A stretch of 28,226 nt of DNA from Candidatus Zhuqueibacterota bacterium. GTDB lineage: Bacteria; BS750m-G25. A program made the translations under genes and the position numbers. A model generated the notes under the pieces. That model did not search any database and was not told where the DNA came from. It worked only from the letters and a program-made list of their open reading frames with translations. The first letter of the stretch is position 1, and each line of letters starts with the position of its first letter. This document shows, piece by piece, positions 1 through 7,332 of this stretch. The stretch covers positions 62,001 through 90,226 of the forward strand of contig JADHWK010000003.1 in NCBI GenBank assembly GCA_016783505.1, read 5' to 3'.

Positions 1-497
1 TGTCTGGAAACGACCCCTTTTGAGACAAGCTGGGCCAGCCCGGTGAGGATAATAGAAATGGGGAACAGGAGAACATGCATCACCCGCAAAGGATAAACAA
101 CCCTCCGGGAAAACCCCTGGGGATTTTTGATGGCTACGGTTTTGGGGGTAATCTCCGATAGGATGAGGATGATAAATGTCACCACTACCACCTCAAAAAA
201 TATGGCCCAGCCCCTGGAAAAATGATAACGGTGACTTAGGTCAGCCGCCATCAACGCCGCCAGGGAAGCAATAGCGATGTTAACAATGGTATTCCCGGTA
301 AGGATGGTAATAAGGAGCCGACGGGGTTTCCCTAAAAGCTTCAGGATTAGACTAGAGCTCCGTTTCTTTTCCTCCTTCATCCCCTGGAGGAGGGGCTCAG
401 ACAGGGAAAAAAGCGCTGTCTCTGATCCTGAAAAGAAAGCGGAAAGAACGAGTAGAAGAATCAAAAGGGCAAATTCAGTCCATAGATTAATTTCCAA
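1..497 (-). CDS. CNNM/DUF21 (hemolysin/CorC/GldE-like) membrane protein, N-terminal part; runs off the window start
   Basis: Not in the ORF track. Manual translation from TTG at 497 gives MEINLWTEFALLILLLVLSAFFSGSETALFSL, the typical DUF21 N-terminal motif. RBS GGAGGT at 512-507. Lies directly downstream of ybeY, as in ybeZ-ybeY-ybeX type operons. Confidence 0.88.
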   Translation of the reverse strand, partial: MEINLWTEFALLILLLVLSAFFSGSETALFSLSEPLLQGMKEEKKRSSSLILKLLGKPRRLLITILTGNTIVNIAIASLAALMAADLSHRYHFSRGWAIFFEVVVVTFIILILSEITPKTVAIKNPQGFSRRVVYPLRVMHVLLFPISIILTGLAQLVSKGVVSR

Positions 498-520
498 TTA
501 GAACCTACCTCCATTTATAC

Positions 521-970
521 CTACATACATTTTCTATCCCCCATTTTCTTCCTTAAACCTAGATAATAATCCTCCCGTCCGGTCATTGTTAAACGGCCGC
601 GGCTGGTGCGGTCCGAATACCCTGAAAGATGCAGGAGGCCGTGAACGGCCAGTCTTAAAATCTCATCCTTCAGGGAGACCCCATACTGGGCAGCTTGTTT
701 CTTGGCCTGTTCCACCGATATGTAGATCTCCCCTGAAATTTTTTCATCATCGGGTTCGGTCAAATCAAAAGCCAGTACATCGGTGGTGTTTTCCCGTTTC
801 AGAAAATCCCGATTTAGTCGGACTATGGTGGGGTCATCGGTTAATATTACCGTTAGCTCTCCAAACTTTTTGCCCTCAAGTTGTATAACTTTCCGGATCA
901 AGTCTCTAAAGGAAGTTTTTGCAGCCCCTGGAGGAAAAACGGGATAGGTTGTCTCAATCCTTAGGTTCAC
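521..970 (-). CDS. ybeY: rRNA maturation endoribonuclease YbeY
   Basis: Motifs LNRDF...TTDVLAF, GEIYIS and the zinc site HGLLHLSGYSD (HxxxHxxGxxD, with Ser-Asp where the third His is usual). phoH neighbourhood. Confidence 0.93.
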   Translation of the reverse strand: MNLRIETTYPVFPPGAAKTSFRDLIRKVIQLEGKKFGELTVILTDDPTIVRLNRDFLKRENTTDVLAFDLTEPDDEKISGEIYISVEQAKKQAAQYGVSLKDEILRLAVHGLLHLSGYSDRTSRGRLTMTGREDYYLGLRKKMGDRKCM

Positions 971-1050
971 CTTCAGCCGCTAAGTTTTAATGTAACAGTT
1001 CACCTATTCCTTTCTAATCTTTTAGCGACAAGATTCACAAAATTTAAAGT

Positions 1051-1184
1051 AAATCAGAATATCAGTAAATCAGTAGGGAGGGAATCAGATTACCAGAGTA
1101 TCAGGTTTTATCCTGTCCCAAGATCGTTCCGAATGTTCTAATCTACTGATATTCGTCCCACTGATATCCTAATTGCCTGATATA
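1051..1184. repeat. Intergenic inverted array of degenerate 8-nt ATCAG / CTGAT units
   Basis: Left arm aaatcaga-atatcagt-aaatcagt...aatcagat-taccagag-tatcagg (1051-1105). Right arm ctactgat...cactgata-tcctaatt-gcctgata (1143-1184) in the opposite orientation. Confidence 0.6.
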
Positions 1185-1247
1185 CTCGTCCCGAAACATC
1201 TGGATGTTTACAATTCCTCAAGCATAGAAGTTTATGTGGATGAACTG

Positions 1248-3620
1248 TTACGTTTTAATTTTAGCCGGTTTCGACCTGACCTTCTTGACACCCCCCACCT
1301 CTTCAGCCTTGGGGTATTCGACGCGGCCGTGATAGATCCCCGTCAAAATGCGGACAAAGCTCTGTTTAATAAGATCCAGATCCTTCAGGGTTAGCCAACA
1401 TTCGTCGAGCTGCCCATCTTCAAATCTATCCTTTACGATGTCATTCACTACCCCCTTAATTCGGCTGGGTGTAGGGGTCTGAAGTGACCGGGCAGCCGCC
1501 TCGATCCCGTCGGCCAGCATGACGATGCCCGCCTCCTTGGATTGGGGTTTGGGTCCCGGATACCGGAAATTCTCCAGGTTCAGTTTGGCCCGGGGGGTGC
1601 TCTGCAACGCTTTTTGATAAAAATAGGTCATGATGGAGGTGCCATGATGCTGCTCGATAAAGGCCGTTAGGGCCTTGGGCAACCGGTTCTCCTCCGCCAG
1701 CTTAAGCCCATCCTTGATATGGGCGGCTAAGATCAGGCAGCTCATGCTGGGCTGCAGTTTATCGTGTTTGTTCTCCCCACCGGTCTGATTTTCAATAAAA
1801 TATTCAGGCTTTTCCATTTTGCCGATGTCATGGTAGTATGACCCCACCCGGGCCAGCAGGGAATTGGCCTGGCATGCCTCGGCCGCCGCCTCGGATAAAT
1901 TTCCGATCAGGATAGAATGATTATATGTCCCCGGGGTCTCGGTGGCCAACTGGCGCAGCAGGGGCCGGTTCAGATCTGAAAGCTCCAGCAGGCGCACATC
2001 GGAGGTAACATCAAACAGGTTTTCAAAAACAAAGAGGAACATATAAGTCAACAGGGGTGAGAATACTGAATTGGCAGTCCCGTAGAAAAAATCGGTAAAT
2101 ATCTCCGATGAGAATGAATATCTCAAAAACCGGACGGCAGTGATGGCCACTATGTAGGCGGCGATCAGATAAAGGGAAGCCATCAACAGTTGGCTCCTCC
2201 GCCTCACCCTACGGACGGCAAACAGGGCCACCGTTCCCACCAGAAAGCAGATGACCGACACCCCGAATTCTCCCCCCATGATTGCCCCCACCAAAAGGCT
2301 GATGACGATGACCCCGATGAAACCAAGCCCCCAGTCGAACAGAATGGTCAACAGCATGGCCCCCAGGGCGACGGGAATTAAATAGCTGGAAAATTGAAAT
2401 TTTTCTATCACCAAGGAGGTGATTAAAATTTGGCCCAACAGGATCAGGGCAATCAAAAGGAGCAGCCGGTTATCCTGAAAAATCTGGGGGCGAAAGGTGC
2501 GAAGAAAAAGGGCAAATATCAGGATGATAAAACCGACGAAGAGGGCCTTTCCAAAATGAGGCAAAAATAACATCCACCCCTGCCTTTCCCCGGCGATTTC
2601 CGCCCTCTTTATCCGTAAGGACTCGATCTTCCGCAAGTGATCCGGTTTGGCTATCTCATTACTGTCAATGATACGCTCATTTTTTAACACGATCCCCTTT
2701 GCCAGGGGGACCTTCTCCACCGCTCGCTTCTCTCTTTTTTGGGTTTCTTTGGGGTCGAAAAAGATATTAGGCTTCACGAACTGAACAACCATAAAGAGCC
2801 CATATCGCACACTGTCGTTTGCGGCCGATCCGGACGATGAAAATTCTCCCTGCAACAGCATCCGGGCTTTGTTTTCCGCCTCCTTCTCCGTAAGGACCCC
2901 GGCGAGTTTGCGAATGATATCTATACCCTTTCGCCGCGCCACAATTTCACTGTTAGGGGCGTTGAAGCTATTCTTATCCCGATCAATAACCCCGGTCCGG
3001 AATATGTCGGATATGATCTTCAGAAGGGTATTTTTGAACAGCCCAGTGACTCCGGAGGATGATCTCTCCAGGCTTAGGCGCTGAAAAAAGGCCCATCCTT
3101 CAGGGGGGAAATCTAACCTATACTTTATCACCAGATCTGACTTCAATGAATCCACCTTTAAAGAATCGGCCACCAACCGTTGCTGAGGGATCTTCCTCGC
3201 CATCCTTCGATTTAGGCTGGCCTCAATCAGATATTTTTTCTCCTCAAGGACAACTTTCTCTATATTACTAAAGAAATTCTCTAATTGTTTTAATTGACGG
3301 GGACGGATGTCCATATCCCAGTTAAACACCGGATGGACCTTTTCCCGGGCTTCCTGTCGATCCTTCTCTAACTCCTCATCGCTTTTTAATATCTCAAAAT
3401 CAAAGGGGGCGATGATCTCTTTAGGAGCCACGCTACCCAATTTGAGGTCTGCGAATTGAAAAGACTTGCCCCGGGGGAAAAGCAGAACCAGAAAGAGAGC
3501 TAACCCCACTCCGATTGCCCCCTTCGATAACCACTCCCACCGGTGCACCCTACGCTGTTTTTCTTCCTCACCCCTTTTGGTGAAAATTGAACGAATAAAA
3601 TTCATTAACCCTGAACCCAT
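1248..3620 (-). CDS. 7TM-HD phosphohydrolase (YqfF/PgpH-like; probable cyclic-di-AMP phosphodiesterase)
   Basis: N-terminal TM, large extracytoplasmic domain, multiple TM helices, then HD domain motifs PGTYNHS, YYHDIGK, HHGT, YPGPKPQSKE, MLAD. Sits between phoH and ybeY as in Bacillus phoH-yqfF-ybeY. Confidence 0.9.
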   Translation of the reverse strand: MGSGLMNFIRSIFTKRGEEEKQRRVHRWEWLSKGAIGVGLALFLVLLFPRGKSFQFADLKLGSVAPKEIIAPFDFEILKSDEELEKDRQEAREKVHPVFNWDMDIRPRQLKQLENFFSNIEKVVLEEKKYLIEASLNRRMARKIPQQRLVADSLKVDSLKSDLVIKYRLDFPPEGWAFFQRLSLERSSSGVTGLFKNTLLKIISDIFRTGVIDRDKNSFNAPNSEIVARRKGIDIIRKLAGVLTEKEAENKARMLLQGEFSSSGSAANDSVRYGLFMVVQFVKPNIFFDPKETQKREKRAVEKVPLAKGIVLKNERIIDSNEIAKPDHLRKIESLRIKRAEIAGERQGWMLFLPHFGKALFVGFIILIFALFLRTFRPQIFQDNRLLLLIALILLGQILITSLVIEKFQFSSYLIPVALGAMLLTILFDWGLGFIGVIVISLLVGAIMGGEFGVSVICFLVGTVALFAVRRVRRRSQLLMASLYLIAAYIVAITAVRFLRYSFSSEIFTDFFYGTANSVFSPLLTYMFLFVFENLFDVTSDVRLLELSDLNRPLLRQLATETPGTYNHSILIGNLSEAAAEACQANSLLARVGSYYHDIGKMEKPEYFIENQTGGENKHDKLQPSMSCLILAAHIKDGLKLAEENRLPKALTAFIEQHHGTSIMTYFYQKALQSTPRAKLNLENFRYPGPKPQSKEAGIVMLADGIEAAARSLQTPTPSRIKGVVNDIVKDRFEDGQLDECWLTLKDLDLIKQSFVRILTGIYHGRVEYPKAEEVGGVKKVRSKPAKIKT

Positions 3621-3642
3621 GTTTTACACATTTTACCCTTTG

Positions 3643-4608
3643 CTATTTTTCGGACGGTTCATCCCCCAATTTTTCGAACGTTTCATAGGCAGCGATAATG
3701 TCTTTGACCAGACGATGCCTGACCACATCCTGACGACTGAAATAGATAAATTGCACCCCGTCTATGCCGGCCAGGATATGCTGAATGATGACCAACCCCG
3801 ATTGGGATTTATCGGGAAGATCAATCTGGGTGATGTCCCCGGTGACGATAGCCCTGGAATCTATTCCCAATCGGGTCAAGAACATCTTCATCTGATCGGG
3901 GGATGTGTTCTGGGCCTCATCTAAGATGACGAAGGCGTTGTTTAGGGTCCTCCCCCTCATATAAGCTAAGGGAACCACCTCAATGATCTTCTGGCCTAAC
4001 AGCCGGCGCAACCTTTCTGGGGGAATCATATCAAACAGGGCATCATACAATGGACGCAGATAGGGGTCAACTTTTTCTTTAAAATCCCCAGGCAGAAACC
4101 CCAGGCTTTCCCCCGCTTCAACAGCAGGCCGGGCCAGGACGATCCTTTCCACCCCACCCTGTTCCAACTCGGTCACAGCAAAGGCCACAGCAAGATACGT
4201 TTTGCCCGTCCCCGCAGGCCCAATAGCAAAGACGAGGTCGTTTTCCTTAACGAGCTTAAAATAGTCCAGCTGATTTTTACTTCTGGGTCGAATGACCACC
4301 TTAGGGGTCATCAACTCGAGGTTGGACTTGCCCGCCTTCCGCCCGGGCCTTTCCGGTGATATGTGGCTCAGTCGGATGATGGTCTGCACATCGTTTGAAT
4401 CAAGTCTTTTGTTTTCTTTAAGGTGGGCTATACACTCGGATAACACCCATTTAGCCCCCTTTTGATCCCCCCCGATGATGATCAAGCGGCCATCCCGGAG
4501 AACAATCCGGGAACTAAAGGCCTCTTCAATAAGCCTCAGATGAGCATCGTTATGACCCAAAAGGGGGAAAGGGTCCACCCCTTCGATAACTATCTCTAAT
4601 GGTCTCAA
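3643..4608 (-). CDS. phoH: PhoH-family ATPase (YbeZ/PhoH-like)
   Basis: Walker A GPAGTGKT, RPAVEAGESLGFLPG, PLAYMRGRTL, LDEAQN, GDITQIDLP, DVVRH. Confidence 0.96.
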   Translation of the reverse strand: MRPLEIVIEGVDPFPLLGHNDAHLRLIEEAFSSRIVLRDGRLIIIGGDQKGAKWVLSECIAHLKENKRLDSNDVQTIIRLSHISPERPGRKAGKSNLELMTPKVVIRPRSKNQLDYFKLVKENDLVFAIGPAGTGKTYLAVAFAVTELEQGGVERIVLARPAVEAGESLGFLPGDFKEKVDPYLRPLYDALFDMIPPERLRRLLGQKIIEVVPLAYMRGRTLNNAFVILDEAQNTSPDQMKMFLTRLGIDSRAIVTGDITQIDLPDKSQSGLVIIQHILAGIDGVQFIYFSRQDVVRHRLVKDIIAAYETFEKLGDEPSEK

Positions 4609-4648
4609 AACCTGAACCTATCCTAAGATCGTTCCGATCAGATTGAAT

Positions 4649-4690
4649 AAAAAAAGCCCTTAGATTATTCCCAGCGGGAAAACTAAGAGC
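4649..4690 (-). terminator. Intrinsic terminator-like hairpin about 40 nt upstream of the phoH start
   Basis: Minus strand GCTCTTAG...TTCCC-GCT-GGGAA...CTAAGGGC followed by TTTTTTT. Confidence 0.6.
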
Positions 4691-4750
4691 CGACCATCTT
4701 CCTCTTAAATACTTTATCTACAACCCCCCACGTACAAGACCTATTAAATT

Positions 4751-4875
4751 TGATAACGTTGGTCATCAGTGGTCGGACCGCTAAACGATCCTTTAAGGTG
4801 AAAAAGTGAGAGAGTAACGTTCCAAATTACTCAAAACGAACCAGCGATTCGATCCACTGCATGACATTGTTAGCC
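4751..4875 (-). mobile_element. Integron attC recombination site (125 bp)
   Basis: On the minus strand R'' = GGCTAAC (4875-4869) and R' = GTTATCA (4757-4751). The arms GTCATgCAGTGGaTCG and CGACCACTGATGAC pair with two unpaired bases (C4860 and T4853 on the + strand). The spacer next to the R boxes is asymmetric and unpaired. Located just downstream of an AT-rich ORF. Confidence 0.85.
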
Positions 4876-4883
4876 AGGTATAT

Positions 4884-4937
4884 GCACGTCCGGTGGTGTA
4901 GTCAGGGCGGGGGAGAACCCTACCCTGTCCAGACGAT
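4884..4937 (+). mobile_element. Group II (class C / IIC-attC-like) intron 3'-end remnant: half of domain V plus domain VI
   Basis: GCACGTCCGGTGGTGT matches the 3' half of a IIC domain V. It is followed by the hairpin CAGGGCGGGG-gagaa-CCCTACCCTG, an A at -7 and a terminal AT, then TAGCCC, the 3' exon expected after insertion at TTGT/TAG in an attC bottom strand. Confidence 0.72.
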
Positions 4938-4962
4938 TAGCCCATATATTTTAATGATATTG

Positions 4963-5731
4963 CTATTTTAATTTCTCTATTAATTCATGTAACTTTTCAA
5001 CCACTGGTACATCATATGGACTATCTGTTGCTTTGGCTAAACCAATTTTTGTTGCACTCCATGGACCTAGATATGTTCCTTGAGCATAGAAACCACCTAA
5101 CATAGATTGACAATTATCCGATACTGTACCCTCAAAATAAGAGCTATATGGTCCAACTAAGAAATTAATTGTAATTGAATTACCATAAATATAACTGCCA
5201 CTACCGATATTTTGATATCCTGAGCCATCTGACATTTCCCAAGTACCTGTCAAAGTGGTCCCATTTTGAGTCAATTGTGTGTACGCAGTAAAAGGGGTAC
5301 CGTTAATTGAAAAATCGTTCCGCCATCTTCCAGTGACTGTTTTTTCTTTCTCAGCTTTTACATTAACGGTAGCATTACCCCCATTGGAGGTAATATCTAT
5401 TTCACCAGTGTTATTACCTATAATCAATGAAGTTCTGTCAATTGTTACGGTAATATAGTCCTTTCCCCCATCACTCTCACCAGAAGTTGGGTTTGAAGAA
5501 ATCCAGCTATCATTAGTTGCGATATCGTATTCAAGGGTTTTTATACCAGATTTAAAAATACCATCATCATCACCAACATTTTGAACGGTAAATTCTTTTT
5601 GAGTTGCTTCAGTTCCAAAGTCTAACTCATTTGGCTCTACTTTTAGTTCAGGATCTCCTTCGCTACAGCCAAACATGAATAATAGTGTAAGTCCTAAGAA
5701 GTGTTGATAGGTAATACATTTTTCTTATCAT
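4963..5731 (-). pseudogene. Gene-cassette lipoprotein with BACON/Ig-like domain and C-terminal beta-rich domain; signal peptide frameshifted
   Basis: RBS AGGAGGAGGT precedes ATG at 5731 (MIRKMYYLSTL...), which is 55 nt, one base out of frame, from the ATG at 5676. The downstream frame gives LGLTLLFMFG-C (lipobox-like). LKVEPNELDFG...FTVQNVG...WISSNPTSG...ITVTIDR resembles BACON-type domains. Visibly AT-rich. Confidence 0.7.
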
Positions 5732-5765
5732 CTTAACCTCCTCCTGTTTTATAATTAATTTCTAC

Positions 5766-5784
5766 GGCTAGCATAATATTATAC
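5766..5784 (-). mobile_element. Putative attI-like simple site / cassette 5' boundary
   Basis: Minus strand GTATAAT-attat-GCTAGCC: an L-like box, a 5-nt spacer and a core one mismatch from GTTAGCC, which is the complement of the downstream R'' GGCTAAC. Confidence 0.4.
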
Positions 5785-5805
5785 TGTAAAACTTCACCAT
5801 AAAAA

Positions 5806-6013
5806 GTGTCTATTATTAGGAACAAGTTTCCATTATTAGGCATTGTTCCTATTATTAGGAACTTTTAAGTGTCTAATATTAGACACTTTTTTATGGCGGC
5901 GCTCTTTTAAATAGGTTCCTATTATTAGCCACTTTTCTCTTCCTTTCTAATTATCCTATCTTCTAATCCTAAAGCCAATACTTCTTTATAGGGTAGTGTC
6001 TATACTTAGAGCC
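5806..6013. repeat. Six copies of an 18-bp imperfect palindrome, consensus about GTKYCTAWTATTAGRMAC
   Basis: 5806-5823 gtgtctattattaggaac; 5826-5843 gtttccattattaggcat; 5845-5862 gttcctattattaggaac; 5869-5886 gtgtctaatattagacac (perfect palindrome); 5915-5932 gttcctattattagccac; 5996-6013 gtgtctatacttagagcc (weakest). Confidence 0.9.
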
Positions 6014-6030
6014 AGGATATATATCCTGGC
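6011..6030. repeat. Perfect 20-bp palindrome downstream of the LysM gene
   Basis: GCCAGGATATATATCCTGGC is its own reverse complement; there is no U-tract. Confidence 0.75.
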
Positions 6031-6073
6031 CAAACCACAACCGAATAAACAACCCCCTTAAAAAAAATCGGCC

Positions 6074-6919
6074 TTAATCCCTGGGAATGGTTAAAATTTG
6101 TTCCGGGTAGATGATGTTCGGATCCCAGATCTGATTACGATTGGCCTCATAGATCTGAGTCCATTTGAAGGGATCGCCATATACTCCAGCATAACCGGCG
6201 ATTTTGGCCAGCCATTCGTTCCTTACCACCAAATGCTCGTTAGCCGCCAGTTCCCGGGGGATCAGCAGCCTCTGATCGGGATAGATTAAGTCGGGATCTT
6301 TAATCTGATCACGGTTCGCGCTGAAGATACGTGGCCATTTATAGGGGTCATTGTATATATGTTGCTTCCCGGATATCCTCCACAAGCAATCCCCCCTGAT
6401 GACCATATAATACTCATTACGGGATTGGGGCGCTTTAACTTTCATCTGGTGGAGCAGGTCAGCAGTCAGGTCTAGCTCTTCGCCGAATTCGGTTAGCAAC
6501 GAACGCTTATCCTTTTTCAGTTCGCCGAGGCGTTTTCTCAGCCCATCAACTTCATCTTGCCTGGTCAATAGCTCCTCGGGGGAAAGGGCCCGCAGCCCCT
6601 CAACCTGCTCCCCCAAATCAGCCAAATCCTCGGAATATCCCTTCAGGCCATCCTCATCCGCCCCCAATAGTATGTAAATTTCGTTCCAAACGGCGGCGAT
6701 TTCGTGCTCGATCGTCTCAACCTCGTTTTTAAGGGCGAGAATCTTTTTCTGCTCTTCAGCCATCAACGCCCTGGCACTGGCCTCTCGCTCCTGCCATTCT
6801 TTCAACTGTCTGGTATATTCTTCCAGCTTTATTTTTCTATCCTGAGCCAGACCCACTGAAGAAAAAACAATAAGACCGAGGATTAATAAAAGAAAATATG
6901 TTTTAAATATTTTCTTCAT
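6074..6919 (-). CDS. Secreted coiled-coil protein with two C-terminal LysM peptidoglycan-binding domains
   Basis: Start moved to ATG 6919 (MKKIFKTYFLLL..., GGGAG upstream, signal peptide). Two LysM repeats YMVIRGDCLWRIS...IKDPDLIYPDQRLLIP and HLVVRNEWLAKIA...IWDPNIIYPEQILTIP. Confidence 0.88.
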   Translation of the reverse strand: MKKIFKTYFLLLILGLIVFSSVGLAQDRKIKLEEYTRQLKEWQEREASARALMAEEQKKILALKNEVETIEHEIAAVWNEIYILLGADEDGLKGYSEDLADLGEQVEGLRALSPEELLTRQDEVDGLRKRLGELKKDKRSLLTEFGEELDLTADLLHQMKVKAPQSRNEYYMVIRGDCLWRISGKQHIYNDPYKWPRIFSANRDQIKDPDLIYPDQRLLIPRELAANEHLVVRNEWLAKIAGYAGVYGDPFKWTQIYEANRNQIWDPNIIYPEQILTIPRD

Positions 6920-6990
6920 CCTAAGCTCCCAAGATATAACCCCCCCCTTAGCACGAATCGGTTCAATGATCAAATTTAATCGCTCTAATA

Positions 6991-7272
6991 CTATTCCGAT
7001 GAACTTTCTTCTAAATTCCGCTTAAGACCATCCCCTTTAGCATGCAACTGGACAAGCTCAGCTTTCTTCTGGGCCAATGTCCTTTCAAGACCCTTCCGCT
7101 CCTTCCGCAACTTTTCCAGACTCTTTTCAGCAGAAAGGGCTGCCGCCTTGGTCTCATCCAATTGCTTCAATTGATCGGGATTGGCGTATTTGGTACAGCC
7201 CACCAGCGAAAACTGAAGGCAGAAGAGTACAACAATAAAAAAAACTACGAAATATAAAATACGTTTTTTCAT
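6991..7272 (-). CDS. Small coiled-coil lipoprotein, function unknown
   Basis: Signal peptide with lipobox LVGC, then a heptad-rich helix. Co-oriented with the LysM gene. Confidence 0.8.
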   Translation of the reverse strand: MKKRILYFVVFFIVVLFCLQFSLVGCTKYANPDQLKQLDETKAAALSAEKSLEKLRKERKGLERTLAQKKAELVQLHAKGDGLKRNLEESSSE

Positions 7273-7303
7273 TGTTTTATATCCTTTCGACTTTACCTAT
7301 GTT

Positions 7304-7332
7304 AATATAATAAAATAAAAAACTTTTGTCAA
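7304..7332 (-). promoter_or_regulatory. Sigma70-type promoter for the lipoprotein-LysM pair
   Basis: TTGACA (7332-7327), 17 nt, TATATT (7309-7304). The -35 box overlaps the aspS stop codon. Confidence 0.65.

Noticed and set aside
277-501. 74-aa plus-strand ORF and the many other short antisense or alternative-frame ORFs in the track (e.g. 586..888, 3466..3924, 13757..14248, 19184..19699, 24646..25200, 27701..28159)
   Set aside because: They lie within well-supported genes, mostly on the opposite strand, and show no recognisable motifs.
4649-4750. Riboswitch upstream of phoH
   Set aside because: A terminator-like hairpin is present, but I recognise no aptamer consensus or antiterminator.
5806-5932. 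Possible CRISPR array
   Set aside because: Units are 18 bp, degenerate and mostly separated by 1-6 nt, with no regular unique spacers and no cas genes.
6920-6973. Longer LysM start at 6973
   Set aside because: ATG 6919 has an RBS and directly starts a signal peptide.
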